This document shows positions 47,652-56,987 of a stretch of 64,000 nt of DNA, one piece after another. The stretch lies in NCBI GenBank assembly GCA_964483655.1, contig CAZABW010000003.1, positions 12,252 through 76,251 of the forward strand, given 5' to 3'. The translations under genes and the position numbers were made by a program. The notes below the pieces were generated by a model. That model did not search any database and was not told the origin of the DNA. It was given only the letters and a program-made list of their open reading frames with translations. The first letter of the stretch is position 1, and each line of letters starts with the position of its first letter. The stretch comes from an uncultured Candidatus Izemoplasmatales bacterium (GTDB taxonomy: Bacteria; Bacillota_I; Bacilli_A; Izemoplasmatales; Hujiaoplasmataceae).

Positions 47652-47693
47652 TTGACGATTTTATGCATTAGTGATAAAATAAAAGCGCTAACA
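47652..47693 (+). promoter_or_regulatory. sigma-A promoter with an overlapping catabolite-responsive element (cre)
   Basis: TTGACG (47652-47657), 17-nt spacer, TGa-TAAAAT (47672-47680). TAAAAGCGCTAACA (47680-47693) matches 13 of 14 positions of TGWAANCGNTNWCA. Confidence 0.5.
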
Positions 47694-47728
47694 AAATAAA
47701 AAATATATCTTTAGAGGAGAAGAAGAAA

Positions 47729-48304
47729 ATGAAACGTATCGTTTTAATGTTCGTTGCTGTGTTTGCGGCATTAGCATTAGTTGCTTGTGCAACAACTACA
47801 ACAGAAGCACCAATCCTTGCTCGTGCTGACAAAGATTTTTATGTAACTGGAAACTTCAATGGCTGGGACACCAAAGCTGACTTCAAAATGGAAGCTATCC
47901 GTGTAACTGACGCTCGCGTTGCATCCATCGCTAGCCAATTAACAGGCGCAACTGCTCTTTATATTATGGAAATCACATTACCAGCTGAAGCTGCTGGATG
48001 GGATATTACCTACAAAATTGATGGCGTTGATACTGTATTCGATGGCAACCTCACCGTTAAAGTCATCCGTACTCCTATTGATGATCCTGACACCAGAGAT
48101 TTCTGGGCTCAAAATCCAGAAAGTGGCGCAATCACCAATTTAACACCAGCTACACTTTACATGCCAACATTCCAAGCTGAAAACACAGATGGAACTGGAG
48201 ATCACAACTCCAACCCCGTTGCTAAGGCTGCTGGAACCTATTATGCAGTATTTGCAGAATTTGGTTCAACTTCCAAAGCAATGGCTTTAATCGTAAAACC
48301 ATAA
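47729..48304 (+). CDS. small surface lipoprotein, possible glucan-binding module
   Basis: Lipobox LVAC followed by TTTT. FYVTGNFNGWD resembles the GSFNNW-type motif of starch/glycogen-binding modules. High-expression-like codon usage and a strong RBS ggaggag. Confidence 0.45.
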   Translation: MKRIVLMFVAVFAALALVACATTTTEAPILARADKDFYVTGNFNGWDTKADFKMEAIRVTDARVASIASQLTGATALYIMEITLPAEAAGWDITYKIDGVDTVFDGNLTVKVIRTPIDDPDTRDFWAQNPESGAITNLTPATLYMPTFQAENTDGTGDHNSNPVAKAAGTYYAVFAEFGSTSKAMALIVKP

Positions 48305-48323
48305 TCGAGACATTCAACTAGTT

Positions 48324-48354
48324 AGAACCTTGTTCGCAAGGTTCTTTCTTTTTT
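48324..48354 (+). terminator. intrinsic terminator
   Basis: AGAACCTTG-ttcg-CAAGGTTCT followed by TTCTTTTTT. Confidence 0.85.
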
Positions 48355-48433
48355 GGCGAATTTCGGCTTTCATCTTGTCTCAAAAGGGTCTCCTTGTTAT
48401 AATGGACTTGAATAAAAGAATAGGGGAGGTCCT

Positions 48434-48967
48434 ATGCGGTTATTTATTGCTATCCTGTTCCCAGAAGAAATAACTCAATATATTCAAGGGGTCCAAGAAG
48501 AGTTGCGTGCTCAAAGTAAACAAGGAAACTTTATTGAAATGAGTAATATGCATTTAACCGTTATCTTTTTAGGTGAAATGGAAGCGACTCGCCTAAACCA
48601 TGTGAAAGAAGCGATGCGGAAGATTACTGTACCGTCTTTTTCAGTGTTAATTCAAGATATTCAATCCTTTAAAACCCAAGAGGGAAGACTTTATTACCTC
48701 TCAGTGAAGAAGAATGACCAGTTAGAAACGATTGTCGAAGAATTAAATGATGCCTTGAGTAAGTTTGGATTTGATATTTCCGACAGAGAATATAAACCCC
48801 ATATTACTTTAGCAAGAGAAGTGCTCTTACTAGATGATTCCATTTCCTTAAAAAGCGAGCTGGTTCAACCGAAACGGATGGACGTCGAAAAAATCTCTTT
48901 AATGCGAAGTGATCGCATCGATGGAAAAGTGGTATATAAAGAAATTGCTTCCAAGCATTTACCTTAG
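48434..48967 (+). CDS. thpR: RNA 2',3'-cyclic phosphodiesterase (2H family, ThpR/LigT)
   Basis: Two HxT/S motifs, HLTVIFLG and HITLAR; 177 aa. Confidence 0.8.
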   Translation: MRLFIAILFPEEITQYIQGVQEELRAQSKQGNFIEMSNMHLTVIFLGEMEATRLNHVKEAMRKITVPSFSVLIQDIQSFKTQEGRLYYLSVKKNDQLETIVEELNDALSKFGFDISDREYKPHITLAREVLLLDDSISLKSELVQPKRMDVEKISLMRSDRIDGKVVYKEIASKHLP

Positions 48968-48975
48968 GAGTTCTT

Positions 48976-49338
48976 ATGCAAGATGTCATTCATTTTTATA
49001 AAACCCAAGATTTAACGAAAGTAAAGGCCTTCTACGAATCCATCCTAGGCCTTTCTCTTTATCTTGACCAAGGCAGTTGTTTGATTTATCATTTAAATGG
49101 ATATGGAAAAATCGGCTTTTGTCTTCACCATCCTAAAGAAATGAATGATTCGACTTGTATTACTTTTGTCTATTCATCAAAAGAAGAAGTCGATGATATG
49201 GCAGTTTCATTCACTTCTAAGGGCTTAGTTTGTACGGATTGCAAAGTCAATCCAACGTATCATATTTATCATTTCTTCCTTCGAGACAACGAAGGAAGAT
49301 TACTAGAGTTTCAAACATTTTTGGAGGGAAAACGATGA
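48976..49338 (+). CDS. VOC/glyoxalase-fold family protein
   Basis: 120 aa; beta-alpha-beta-beta-beta-like pattern and DNEGRLLEF near the C-terminus. Weak assignment. Confidence 0.4.
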   Translation: MQDVIHFYKTQDLTKVKAFYESILGLSLYLDQGSCLIYHLNGYGKIGFCLHHPKEMNDSTCITFVYSSKEEVDDMAVSFTSKGLVCTDCKVNPTYHIYHFFLRDNEGRLLEFQTFLEGKR

Positions 49339-49844
49339 AATTAATACCCTATAAAGGCATCTTACCGAAAATTGATCCCAGCGTTCTCATTCTAAACGGT
49401 AGTTTTATTAGTGGGGATGTCACGATTGAAAAAAACGTCAATATCTGGTTTAACGTATCAATCCGTGGGGATATGGACCGTATTACGATTGGAGAAAACA
49501 CGAATATTCAAGATAACGCGGTCATTCACGTCAATACCAATACCCCAACCGTGATTGGAAAAAATGTTACCGTCGGCCATAATGCCATCATCCATGGCGC
49601 AACAGTGGGTGATAACTGTTTAATTGGGATGGGTTCGATTTTACTCGACCATAGTATCGTTGAAGAAGGCGCTATGGTTGGCGCAGGGTGTTTGGTTCCG
49701 CCTGGAAAAGTCGTCCCAAAAGGGATGCTCGCGATTGGGAATCCAATGAAGATAGTTAGACCTTTAACCGAGGCTGAATTGCAAGCGAATCAACGGAATA
49801 TCCAAAGTTATTTGGATTTAGCGAGGGAATATGAAAAAACGTAA
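49335..49844 (+). CDS. gamma-carbonic-anhydrase-like left-handed beta-helix protein (YrdA/PaaY type)
   Basis: Hexapeptide repeats and NIWFNVSIRGD...IGENTNIQDNAVIH...VGHNAIIHG. ATG at 49335 overlaps the previous stop. Confidence 0.75.
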   Translation: MKLIPYKGILPKIDPSVLILNGSFISGDVTIEKNVNIWFNVSIRGDMDRITIGENTNIQDNAVIHVNTNTPTVIGKNVTVGHNAIIHGATVGDNCLIGMGSILLDHSIVEEGAMVGAGCLVPPGKVVPKGMLAIGNPMKIVRPLTEAELQANQRNIQSYLDLAREYEKT

Positions 49845-50457
49845 AATCGAACAAACTCCTCTCGAAAAGGAGTTAATTCGTTATGTCGAAGCACTCCATG
49901 CGGAAGACACTTCTGGGCATGATTTTTTCCACATTCAACGCGTGGTCCAAATGGCAAAACATCTTGCGAAGAAGCAGAACATTGATAATAAAAAATTATT
50001 GCTTTTATCGTATCTTCATGATGTCGATGATCCGAAGATGGTGGGGAATAGTCAAGGATCCTCACGGGCTTTGGACATTATGAAAACATGCAAAATCGAA
50101 GAAGTACTTGCCTTTAATATTCAATCTGAAATATCAAAGATGAGTTATAGCGCCCATCAAGCAGGCTCACGCGTAGAAAGTATCGAAGCGAAGATTGTTC
50201 AGGATAGTGACCGCTTAGATGCAATTGGCGCAATTGGGATTGCTAGAGCTTTTACGTATGGGGGGAGTAAACGCCGCGTGATGTTCGAAGGTAGTTTCAA
50301 TGATGAAACTTCCATTGCTCATTTCTACCGGAAGTTGTTACATCTTGAACAATTAATGAATACCAAACAAGCCAAAAAAATCGCTAAAAAGCGAACGAAA
50401 TTGATGAGAAAGTATTTAAAAGCATTTCATGAAGAGTGGTCGATTATTACCAAGTAA
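49831..50457 (+). CDS. HD-domain phosphohydrolase
   Basis: H...HD...D motifs (FFHIQRV, LHDVDD, DSDRLDA); 208 aa. Confidence 0.7.
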   Translation: MKKRKIEQTPLEKELIRYVEALHAEDTSGHDFFHIQRVVQMAKHLAKKQNIDNKKLLLLSYLHDVDDPKMVGNSQGSSRALDIMKTCKIEEVLAFNIQSEISKMSYSAHQAGSRVESIEAKIVQDSDRLDAIGAIGIARAFTYGGSKRRVMFEGSFNDETSIAHFYRKLLHLEQLMNTKQAKKIAKKRTKLMRKYLKAFHEEWSIITK

Positions 50458-50504
50458 TCCTCCCTTTTTTTTATTTTTCGAATCAAAAACGCGCTTTTGC
50501 TGGC

Positions 50505-50533
50505 TTGACAACGCTTTCATAATCCCTTATAAT
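50505..50533 (+). promoter_or_regulatory. consensus sigma-A promoter of the lysine fermentation operon
   Basis: TTGACA (50505-50510), 17-nt spacer, TATAAT (50528-50533). Confidence 0.7.
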
Positions 50534-50544
50534 GGAGGTACAAT

Positions 50545-50712
50545 TTCATGTTTCACAGAGGAGCGATTACTCTGGTAGATCATTGATGATAATAAGCTGA
50601 ACCTTAGAGGCAATGATTCAAGGAGGGTAGTCGCCGAAAGAGAAAAATCGTTCATATTTTTGCTCTTGGTGACGGTGCGAAGCACCCCCACTGCCATTTC
50701 GATGGAGCGCTG
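50545..50712 (+). promoter_or_regulatory. lysine riboswitch (L-box) aptamer-like leader
   Basis: Contains AGAGGAGCG (50557-50565), AAGCTGAA, GGGTAGTCGCCGAAAG, CACTGCCA and GGAGCGC, in the same order as the conserved L-box blocks. A 10-bp helix pairs 50563-50572 with 50625-50634. Local hairpins GGTGC-gaa-GCACC and CCAT-ttcg-ATGG. Confidence 0.7.
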
Positions 50713-50742
50713 TTATATTCAATTGAATATAGCAGTTTTTTT
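50710..50742 (+). terminator. leader terminator (riboswitch expression platform)
   Basis: CTGTTATATTC-aatt-GAATATAGCAG (one G-U) followed by TTTTTTT, 20 nt before the first ORF. Confidence 0.75.
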
Positions 50743-50762
50743 ATTATAAAAAGGAGGATCGT

Positions 50763-51191
50763 ATGTCATTTTACCCCATTGAAGCGATTGTATTGAACCA
50801 AAGCGGAACCGTCACGAAAACATTTTCTGAAGCGGATGTGATTGAGTTCGCTCGAGTTACCGGGGATCAAAACCCCGTTCACCTTCATGAAGAATACGCC
50901 AAAACCACGATGTTTCAACGTCGGATTGTTCATGGTTTTTTTGTTGGTAGTTTGTTCTCTCAAATTATCGGCACCAATTTCCCTGGTCTTGGGACAGTAT
51001 ATACGTTCCAAAGTATGAAATTTACTCGTCCTGTTTATTTGGACGATACCATTACAGCTACTGTCACTGCGAAAGAGATTATTCTAGAGAAGAATCGTGT
51101 CTTGTTAGAATGTGTTGCGAAAAACCAACACGGTGAGATTGTCATCATTGGTGAAGCGACAGTTATGCCACCAAAAGGAGTTCAACAATGA
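50763..51191 (+). CDS. MaoC-like (R)-specific enoyl-CoA hydratase/dehydratase (hot-dog fold)
   Basis: 142 aa with TGDQNPVHL and IVHG motifs. Confidence 0.75.
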   Translation: MSFYPIEAIVLNQSGTVTKTFSEADVIEFARVTGDQNPVHLHEEYAKTTMFQRRIVHGFFVGSLFSQIIGTNFPGLGTVYTFQSMKFTRPVYLDDTITATVTAKEIILEKNRVLLECVAKNQHGEIVIIGEATVMPPKGVQQ

Positions 51192-51835
51192 AGCACATCG
51201 ATTGGAATACATGTAAAGGACTTTTTAAAGACGGACAATCCATCTTAATCGGTGGTTTTTTAACCAATGGAACTCCAGAAGCATTGATTGATTGCCTACT
51301 AGAAAGCAATGTGAAACATTTAACCATCATCGCCAATGATGGGGGATACGAACATCAAGGAATTGGTAAACTGATTCAAAATGGCCAGGTAGACCATTTG
51401 ATGGCTTCCCATATTGGAACCAATCCTTTAGCAGGAAAACTGATGCAAGAAGGATCTCTCAAGATTACGCTCATCCCTCAAGGAACTCTGATCGAGCAAA
51501 TTCGTGCTGGGGGAGCGGGATTAGGGGGCATATTAACCCCTACGGGTATTCATACTATTGTCGAAGAGGGCAAACAAGTTATCCATGTCAATGGACAAGA
51601 TTATTTATTAGAGTTGCCCATTAAGGCAGATCTTGCCTTCATTGGGGGCTGTATCGCCGATCAGTATGGCAATTTAACCTATTTTGCTTCGCAACGCAAC
51701 TTTAATCCGATTTTAGCACTAGCCGCTGAAACGGTGATTGCATCACCGCTTTCAAGAGTTGATACCCATGACCCTGAATGTGTCATTACCCCTCATGTCT
51801 TAGTCGATTATTTGTTGGAGGTTCATCATGGATGA
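51188..51835 (+). CDS. atoD: 3-oxoacid/acetoacetate CoA-transferase subunit A
   Basis: 215 aa with ILIGGF...GTPEALI at the N-terminus. ATGA overlap; paired with a B subunit. Confidence 0.8.
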   Translation: MKHIDWNTCKGLFKDGQSILIGGFLTNGTPEALIDCLLESNVKHLTIIANDGGYEHQGIGKLIQNGQVDHLMASHIGTNPLAGKLMQEGSLKITLIPQGTLIEQIRAGGAGLGGILTPTGIHTIVEEGKQVIHVNGQDYLLELPIKADLAFIGGCIADQYGNLTYFASQRNFNPILALAAETVIASPLSRVDTHDPECVITPHVLVDYLLEVHHG

Positions 51836-52466
51836 GAAAACGATTATTGCGAAACGGATTGCGAGAGAACTTCATGATGGCAACTTAGTCAATTTAGGTA
51901 TTGGCATCCCAACCCTTGTTGCGGATTATATTGAAAGCCACCAACATATTACCTTTCAAGCTGAAAATGGAATATTAGGGTTAGGACCCATCCAAGAAAG
52001 TCCGACAGGAATGGTCAATGCTGGAGGAATCCCAGCGAGTATCTTACCAGGTGGAGCCTTTATTGATTCTGCGATGTCGTTTTCTTTGATTCGCGGTGGT
52101 CACATTGATGTCACAGTTCTTGGTGCGCTCGAAGTGGACTCAGAAGGCTCGATTGCATCGTGGATTATTCCTGGAAAAAAAGTCCCCGGTATGGGGGGAG
52201 CCATGGATTTAGTCGTTGGCGCGAAGAAAGTGATTATCGCAATGACCCACACGAATAATGGCAAGCCAAAAATCCTAAAGAAATGCCAACTACCTTTAAC
52301 CGCCTATAAACAAGCCAACTTGATTGTAACTGAAATGGCTGTGATCGAGGTAGCTGAAACCGGATTGATCTTAAGAGAAGTCCATCCAGATAAAACAATC
52401 GAAGAAGTTGTCCAATTAACAGGCGCAACATTAGATATATCGAATGTAGGAGTGATGAATGTATGA
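51828..52466 (+). CDS. atoA: 3-oxoacid/acetoacetate CoA-transferase subunit B
   Basis: 212 aa with NLGIGIPT and the catalytic-Glu motif AENG. Confidence 0.8.
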   Translation: MDEKTIIAKRIARELHDGNLVNLGIGIPTLVADYIESHQHITFQAENGILGLGPIQESPTGMVNAGGIPASILPGGAFIDSAMSFSLIRGGHIDVTVLGALEVDSEGSIASWIIPGKKVPGMGGAMDLVVGAKKVIIAMTHTNNGKPKILKKCQLPLTAYKQANLIVTEMAVIEVAETGLILREVHPDKTIEEVVQLTGATLDISNVGVMNV

Positions 52467-52849
52467 ATGAAGTCGTAAAAATCCGGTTACGGATGTCTCA
52501 AGCAGATGCCCATTATGGTGGTGATTTAGTCGATGGAGCCCGGATTCTAGGGTTATTTGGGGATGTCGCTACCGAGCTTTTAATTCGCTTGGATGGCGAT
52601 GAAGGGTTATTTCGGGCCTATGAAATGGTCGAGTTTCTAGCTCCTGTTTATGCGGGAGACTATCTAGAAGTAGAAGGAGAGATTACCCATATTGGCAATA
52701 CCTCCCGTAAAATGAGTTTTATCGCAAAAAAAGTCATTGCGAAACGAAATGATATCTCTGTTTCTGCGGCGGATTTTCTAACTGAACCCATCCTGGTAGC
52801 GAAAGCCATTGGTACGTGTGTAACGCCCAAGGATGTCAAACGCAAATGA
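52463..52849 (+). CDS. kal: 3-aminobutyryl-CoA ammonia-lyase (hot-dog fold)
   Basis: 128 aa; size and position directly upstream of kce/kdd/kamA match the lysine fermentation kal gene. Confidence 0.65.
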   Translation: MNEVVKIRLRMSQADAHYGGDLVDGARILGLFGDVATELLIRLDGDEGLFRAYEMVEFLAPVYAGDYLEVEGEITHIGNTSRKMSFIAKKVIAKRNDISVSAADFLTEPILVAKAIGTCVTPKDVKRK

Positions 52850-53673
52850 TGGAGAAATTAATCATTACTTGTGCCATCACCGGGGCAGAAGTGACCAAAG
52901 AACAAAACCCAGCTGTTCCTTATACCAAAGAAGAAATTGCCTTGGCAGCGTATGAAGCTGCTCAAGCGGGAGCGGCGATTATCCATTTACATGCTCGTGA
53001 AGAGGACGGAACTCCTACCCAAAGAAAAGAACGATACCAGGAGTTTATCGAAGCGATTCGAAAGCGATGTGGTGATGTCATCATCCAAGTTTCAACTGGC
53101 GGAGCCGTTGGGATGAGTCGGGATGAACGGCTTGATGTTCTGAAGCTCAATCCGGAGATGGCAACTTTAGATTGTGGCACTTTAAACTTTGGGGGCGATG
53201 ATATTTTTGTCAACACTGAAAATGATATTATCTACTTCGCTGATATGATGCAAAAACAAGGGATTCACTATGAGTGTGAATGCTTTGAAAAAGGACATGT
53301 GGATACCGTCTTACGATTACAAAAATGGGGTCATATTACCCAACCCCTACGCTTTAGTTTTGTTTTAGGCGTACGCGGTGGGATGAGTGGCGAAAGCCGG
53401 GATTTCCATTTCTTACGTGAATCCATTCCTAGTGATGCGACCTTTAGTGTGGCAGGGATTGGTAAATATGAATTCTCACTAGCCGAAGAATCGATTCGTA
53501 GTGGGGGTCATGTTCGTGTTGGGCTAGAAGATAATCTCTTTATTGAAAAGGGTGTTCTAGCGAAAAGCAATGCCCAGTTGGTTCAAAAAGTCGTCGCAAT
53601 CGCTTCCAAGTATCATCGTGAGATTGCTTCTGTGGAAGAAGCAAGAGCCATATTAAAGTTGAGGAGGAATTAA
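52846..53673 (+). CDS. kce: 3-keto-5-aminohexanoate cleavage enzyme (BKACE/DUF849 family)
   Basis: N-terminal [23 protein letters not shown] and [11 protein letters not shown], typical of BKACE TIM barrels. ATGATG junction with kal. Confidence 0.8.
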   Translation: MMEKLIITCAITGAEVTKEQNPAVPYTKEEIALAAYEAAQAGAAIIHLHAREEDGTPTQRKERYQEFIEAIRKRCGDVIIQVSTGGAVGMSRDERLDVLKLNPEMATLDCGTLNFGGDDIFVNTENDIIYFADMMQKQGIHYECECFEKGHVDTVLRLQKWGHITQPLRFSFVLGVRGGMSGESRDFHFLRESIPSDATFSVAGIGKYEFSLAEESIRSGGHVRVGLEDNLFIEKGVLAKSNAQLVQKVVAIASKYHREIASVEEARAILKLRRN

Positions 53674-53674
53674 G

Positions 53675-54718
53675 ATGCAAGGTTGTCGCTATGGAACCCA
53701 TCGGGTGATGGAACCCAAAGGAGTATTGCCTCAAGCTGCCCAAAAAATTGATTCCACGATGACGATTTATGATAATGAACTCCTCATCGATGTAGAGACT
53801 TTAAATATTGATAGTGCTTCTTTTACCCAACTAAAACAAGCTTGTGGAAACTCGATAGAAGCATTAAAAGAAATGATTATGGAGATTGTCTCTAGTCGCG
53901 GGAAAATGCAAAATCCCGTTACCGGTAGTGGCGGGATGTTGCTAGGGAAAATCGCTCAAATTGGACGAAATTTCAAAACTGATCTCCAACTTGGAGATGA
54001 AATCGCAACACTTGTTTCCTTATCCCTGACCCCGTTAAAAATCGATGAAATACTGGCCATTGATTTATCCAACGATCAAGTTCGGATTAAGGGCCAAGCC
54101 ATTCTTTTCGAAAGTGGAATTTTCGCAAAAATTCCTCAAGATTTAGATCGTTATGTTGTCTTAAGCGCTTTAGACGTAGCTGGAGCTGCGATGCAAACCA
54201 AGCACCTTGTAAAATCAGGTGATTCGGTCTTAATCCTTGGAGCGGCAGGGAAGAGTGGGTTACTTTGTTCCTTACAAGCGAAGCTCTCAGCAGGTCCCAA
54301 GGGCAATGTTATCGGGATTATTTATGAAGAAAAACAACGAGTTGAACTACAGACGCTTCAAGCGTGTGACCATATTATCGTCGCCGATGCACGAAATCCG
54401 ATTGCGATTTTAGAGGCAGTAAAAGCCGTAAATCACGGTGAAAAAGTTGATGTAACAATCAACGTTGTTAATGTACCTAATACCGAAATGTCATCCATCT
54501 TACCGACTAAAGATAGCGGGAAAGTCTATTTCTTCAGTATGGCAACCTCGTTTCAAAAAGCTGCTCTAGGTGCAGAAGGGATCGCCTCAGAAGCCACGTT
54601 ATTGATTGGAAATGGCTATTCCAGTGGACACAGTGAATGGACACTAAATTTACTACGCAATCATCCTACGCTTCTTAAAATCTTTCAAGCGCGTTATGGA
54701 AAGGAGTCTTCCAAATGA
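53675..54718 (+). CDS. kdd: L-erythro-3,5-diaminohexanoate dehydrogenase
   Basis: 347 aa. N-terminal MQGCRYGTHRVMEPKGVLPQ resembles known Kdd N-termini; Rossmann ILGAAGKSG; operon position. Confidence 0.75.
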   Translation: MQGCRYGTHRVMEPKGVLPQAAQKIDSTMTIYDNELLIDVETLNIDSASFTQLKQACGNSIEALKEMIMEIVSSRGKMQNPVTGSGGMLLGKIAQIGRNFKTDLQLGDEIATLVSLSLTPLKIDEILAIDLSNDQVRIKGQAILFESGIFAKIPQDLDRYVVLSALDVAGAAMQTKHLVKSGDSVLILGAAGKSGLLCSLQAKLSAGPKGNVIGIIYEEKQRVELQTLQACDHIIVADARNPIAILEAVKAVNHGEKVDVTINVVNVPNTEMSSILPTKDSGKVYFFSMATSFQKAALGAEGIASEATLLIGNGYSSGHSEWTLNLLRNHPTLLKIFQARYGKESSK

Positions 54719-55971
54719 TTATCACCAACGATTCTTATTTAGAACGAAAGAAACATTTATATCCTCATGTTACAGACGAACAATGGTCTTCTTGGCACTG
54801 GCAAGTCAAGAACCGACTTCAAACCGTGGAGGAACTGGAAGCCGTTCTCCCACTAACTGTAGAACAAAAGCAACATATCAAAGGGGTCTTAGGAAAATTC
54901 CGGATGGCGATTACTCCTTATTATCTTTCCTTAATTGATCCAAATAATCCTCACTGCCCCATCCGAAAACAAGCCGTTCCCGGTTTTGAGGAGTTAGTGA
55001 TTGGGAAACATGATATGACCGATCCCTTAGCAGAAGATATTGATAGTCCTGTACCTGGATTAACCCATCGTTATCCAGACCGGGTCTTATTCTTAATTAC
55101 CGATATGTGCTCGATGTATTGTCGCCATTGTACGAGAAGACGCTTTGCGGGACAAATGGATCATGCGATGCCGGAATCACGAATTGATCAAGCAATCGCT
55201 TATATTCGTGCCAATCCTCAAATCCGCGATGTATTACTGTCGGGGGGCGATGCGTTATTAGTGAGTGACGCCTTTTTAGAAAGTATCATCCAAAAACTGC
55301 GCCAAATCGATCACGTGGAAGTGATTCGAATTGGTACGAGAACCCCGGTTGTCTTACCGCAGCGGATTACCCCAGAACTGGTCAACATGTTAAAGAAATA
55401 TCATCCTATTTGGGTGAATACTCATTTTAATCATCCCGACGAGATTACCAAAGAAAGCAAAGCAGCGATTGATTTATTAGCGGACGCTGGCATTCCTTTA
55501 GGCAATCAATCGGTTTTACTAGCAGGTATCAATGACTGCGTCCATGTGATGCGTAAACTCGTTACCAAACTAGCGCACATTCGTGTTCGTCCTTATTACA
55601 TCTACCAATGTGACTTATCGATGGGAATCGAACATTTCCGAACGCCTGTTTCCAAAGGAATCGAAATCATTGAGGGACTTCGTGGCCATGTCAGTGGATA
55701 TTGTGTCCCAACCTTTGTGGTGGACGCTCCTGGCGGGGGAGGTAAAATCCCGGTTATGCCCAATTACCTTATTTCACAAGCGCCTGGAAAAACGATTTTA
55801 AGAAACTTTGAAGGCGTTATCGCTACCTATTATGAACCTACTCATTATGAAGAAACTTGCCAATGCGAAGCTTGCCAAGGGAAAGACGCTAACTTATCTG
55901 TTCCTCTCGGAGGCGAACATCATTCTTCACGATTAGAAAGAAGGGAAGAACTATCCAACAAGCATTCTTAG
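54715..55971 (+). CDS. kamA: L-lysine 2,3-aminomutase (radical SAM, PLP)
   Basis: CSMYCRHCTRRR cluster motif, LSGGDAL, PYYIYQCD; 418 aa. Confidence 0.9.
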   Translation: MIITNDSYLERKKHLYPHVTDEQWSSWHWQVKNRLQTVEELEAVLPLTVEQKQHIKGVLGKFRMAITPYYLSLIDPNNPHCPIRKQAVPGFEELVIGKHDMTDPLAEDIDSPVPGLTHRYPDRVLFLITDMCSMYCRHCTRRRFAGQMDHAMPESRIDQAIAYIRANPQIRDVLLSGGDALLVSDAFLESIIQKLRQIDHVEVIRIGTRTPVVLPQRITPELVNMLKKYHPIWVNTHFNHPDEITKESKAAIDLLADAGIPLGNQSVLLAGINDCVHVMRKLVTKLAHIRVRPYYIYQCDLSMGIEHFRTPVSKGIEIIEGLRGHVSGYCVPTFVVDAPGGGGKIPVMPNYLISQAPGKTILRNFEGVIATYYEPTHYEETCQCEACQGKDANLSVPLGGEHHSSRLERREELSNKHS

Positions 55972-55991
55972 ACCAAATCAAACCCTATCAT

Positions 55992-56987
55992 GTGATCTCG
56001 ATTGTCGGAAATGCGAAAAACGCAGGTAAGACAACGGTTTTAAACACGCTTATTGAAGCCTATCAACATGACCCGATTGCGATAACATCGATTGGTTTGG
56101 ATGGGGAAATGCTTGATCAAATCACACGTCTACCGAAACCGCGTATTACGGTTTACCCAGGAATGCTCGTCGCCACCGCAAAGGATACCTTGCGTCAAGC
56201 GACCGCGGATTACGATGTGATTGAAACGTTAGATATCTCCTCTGCCCTTGGGCCAATTGTGATTGTCTTGGTTCGAAGTCTTGGTCATATGATTTGCGCA
56301 GGACCCTCTCAAATACGACAATTAAAAAAACTCGTATGTCGATTGAAACAGATGAATTTAACCAAGATTTTCATAGATGGCGCGTTTGCACGCCAACAAT
56401 TAAGTCGACTTGGCGATGCGACCATTCTTTGTGTAGGAGCTTCGAGTGCTTACCAAGATGATCAAGTCATTCAAAAATCATTGACCCTGATACACAAATT
56501 TTCACTTCCGGGGTTGCCCATGAAGTATCAAAACTTACCCCCTGTGGAAGAGGTTGTTGGACTCGATGAAGGGGGAAATATTCTTGATTTACCGTTTGAC
56601 TCAACGATTTCGATTCAAGTGGAAACGGTAAAGAAAATTCCGGTTCATACCATCAAAGCAATCTATTTTCCTCATGCTGTGAGTGAATCCTTTTGTCAAG
56701 CATGGTTGAGTCAAAAGAAACTTCATACGATTGCTTGGATGATTCAAAGTCCATCTCACTTGATTTGTTCGGAGCGGACCTTTGAAAAACTCCGTCAGAT
56801 TGACCAATCGATTTTCTGTCAATACCCTGTCCATGTTGTTTGTGTCTGTTATAATCCCTTTCGCCCTAATGGCGAAGCAATGAACTCTCAGTGGTTTTAT
56901 CAGGAACTACGTAGTCAAATCGAGTATCCCGTCTATAATGTCTTACATCCCGAGGTATCTTATGAATCAATTGACTCTCTCTCATGA
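55992..56987 (+). CDS. uncharacterised protein with an N-terminal P-loop-like motif
   Basis: GTG start, 331 aa. Residues 5-14 are VGNAKNAGKT (Walker-A-like, MobB-style). Its 3' end overlaps the kamD start by 26 nt. Confidence 0.55.
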   Translation: MISIVGNAKNAGKTTVLNTLIEAYQHDPIAITSIGLDGEMLDQITRLPKPRITVYPGMLVATAKDTLRQATADYDVIETLDISSALGPIVIVLVRSLGHMICAGPSQIRQLKKLVCRLKQMNLTKIFIDGAFARQQLSRLGDATILCVGASSAYQDDQVIQKSLTLIHKFSLPGLPMKYQNLPPVEEVVGLDEGGNILDLPFDSTISIQVETVKKIPVHTIKAIYFPHAVSESFCQAWLSQKKLHTIAWMIQSPSHLICSERTFEKLRQIDQSIFCQYPVHVVCVCYNPFRPNGEAMNSQWFYQELRSQIEYPVYNVLHPEVSYESIDSLS

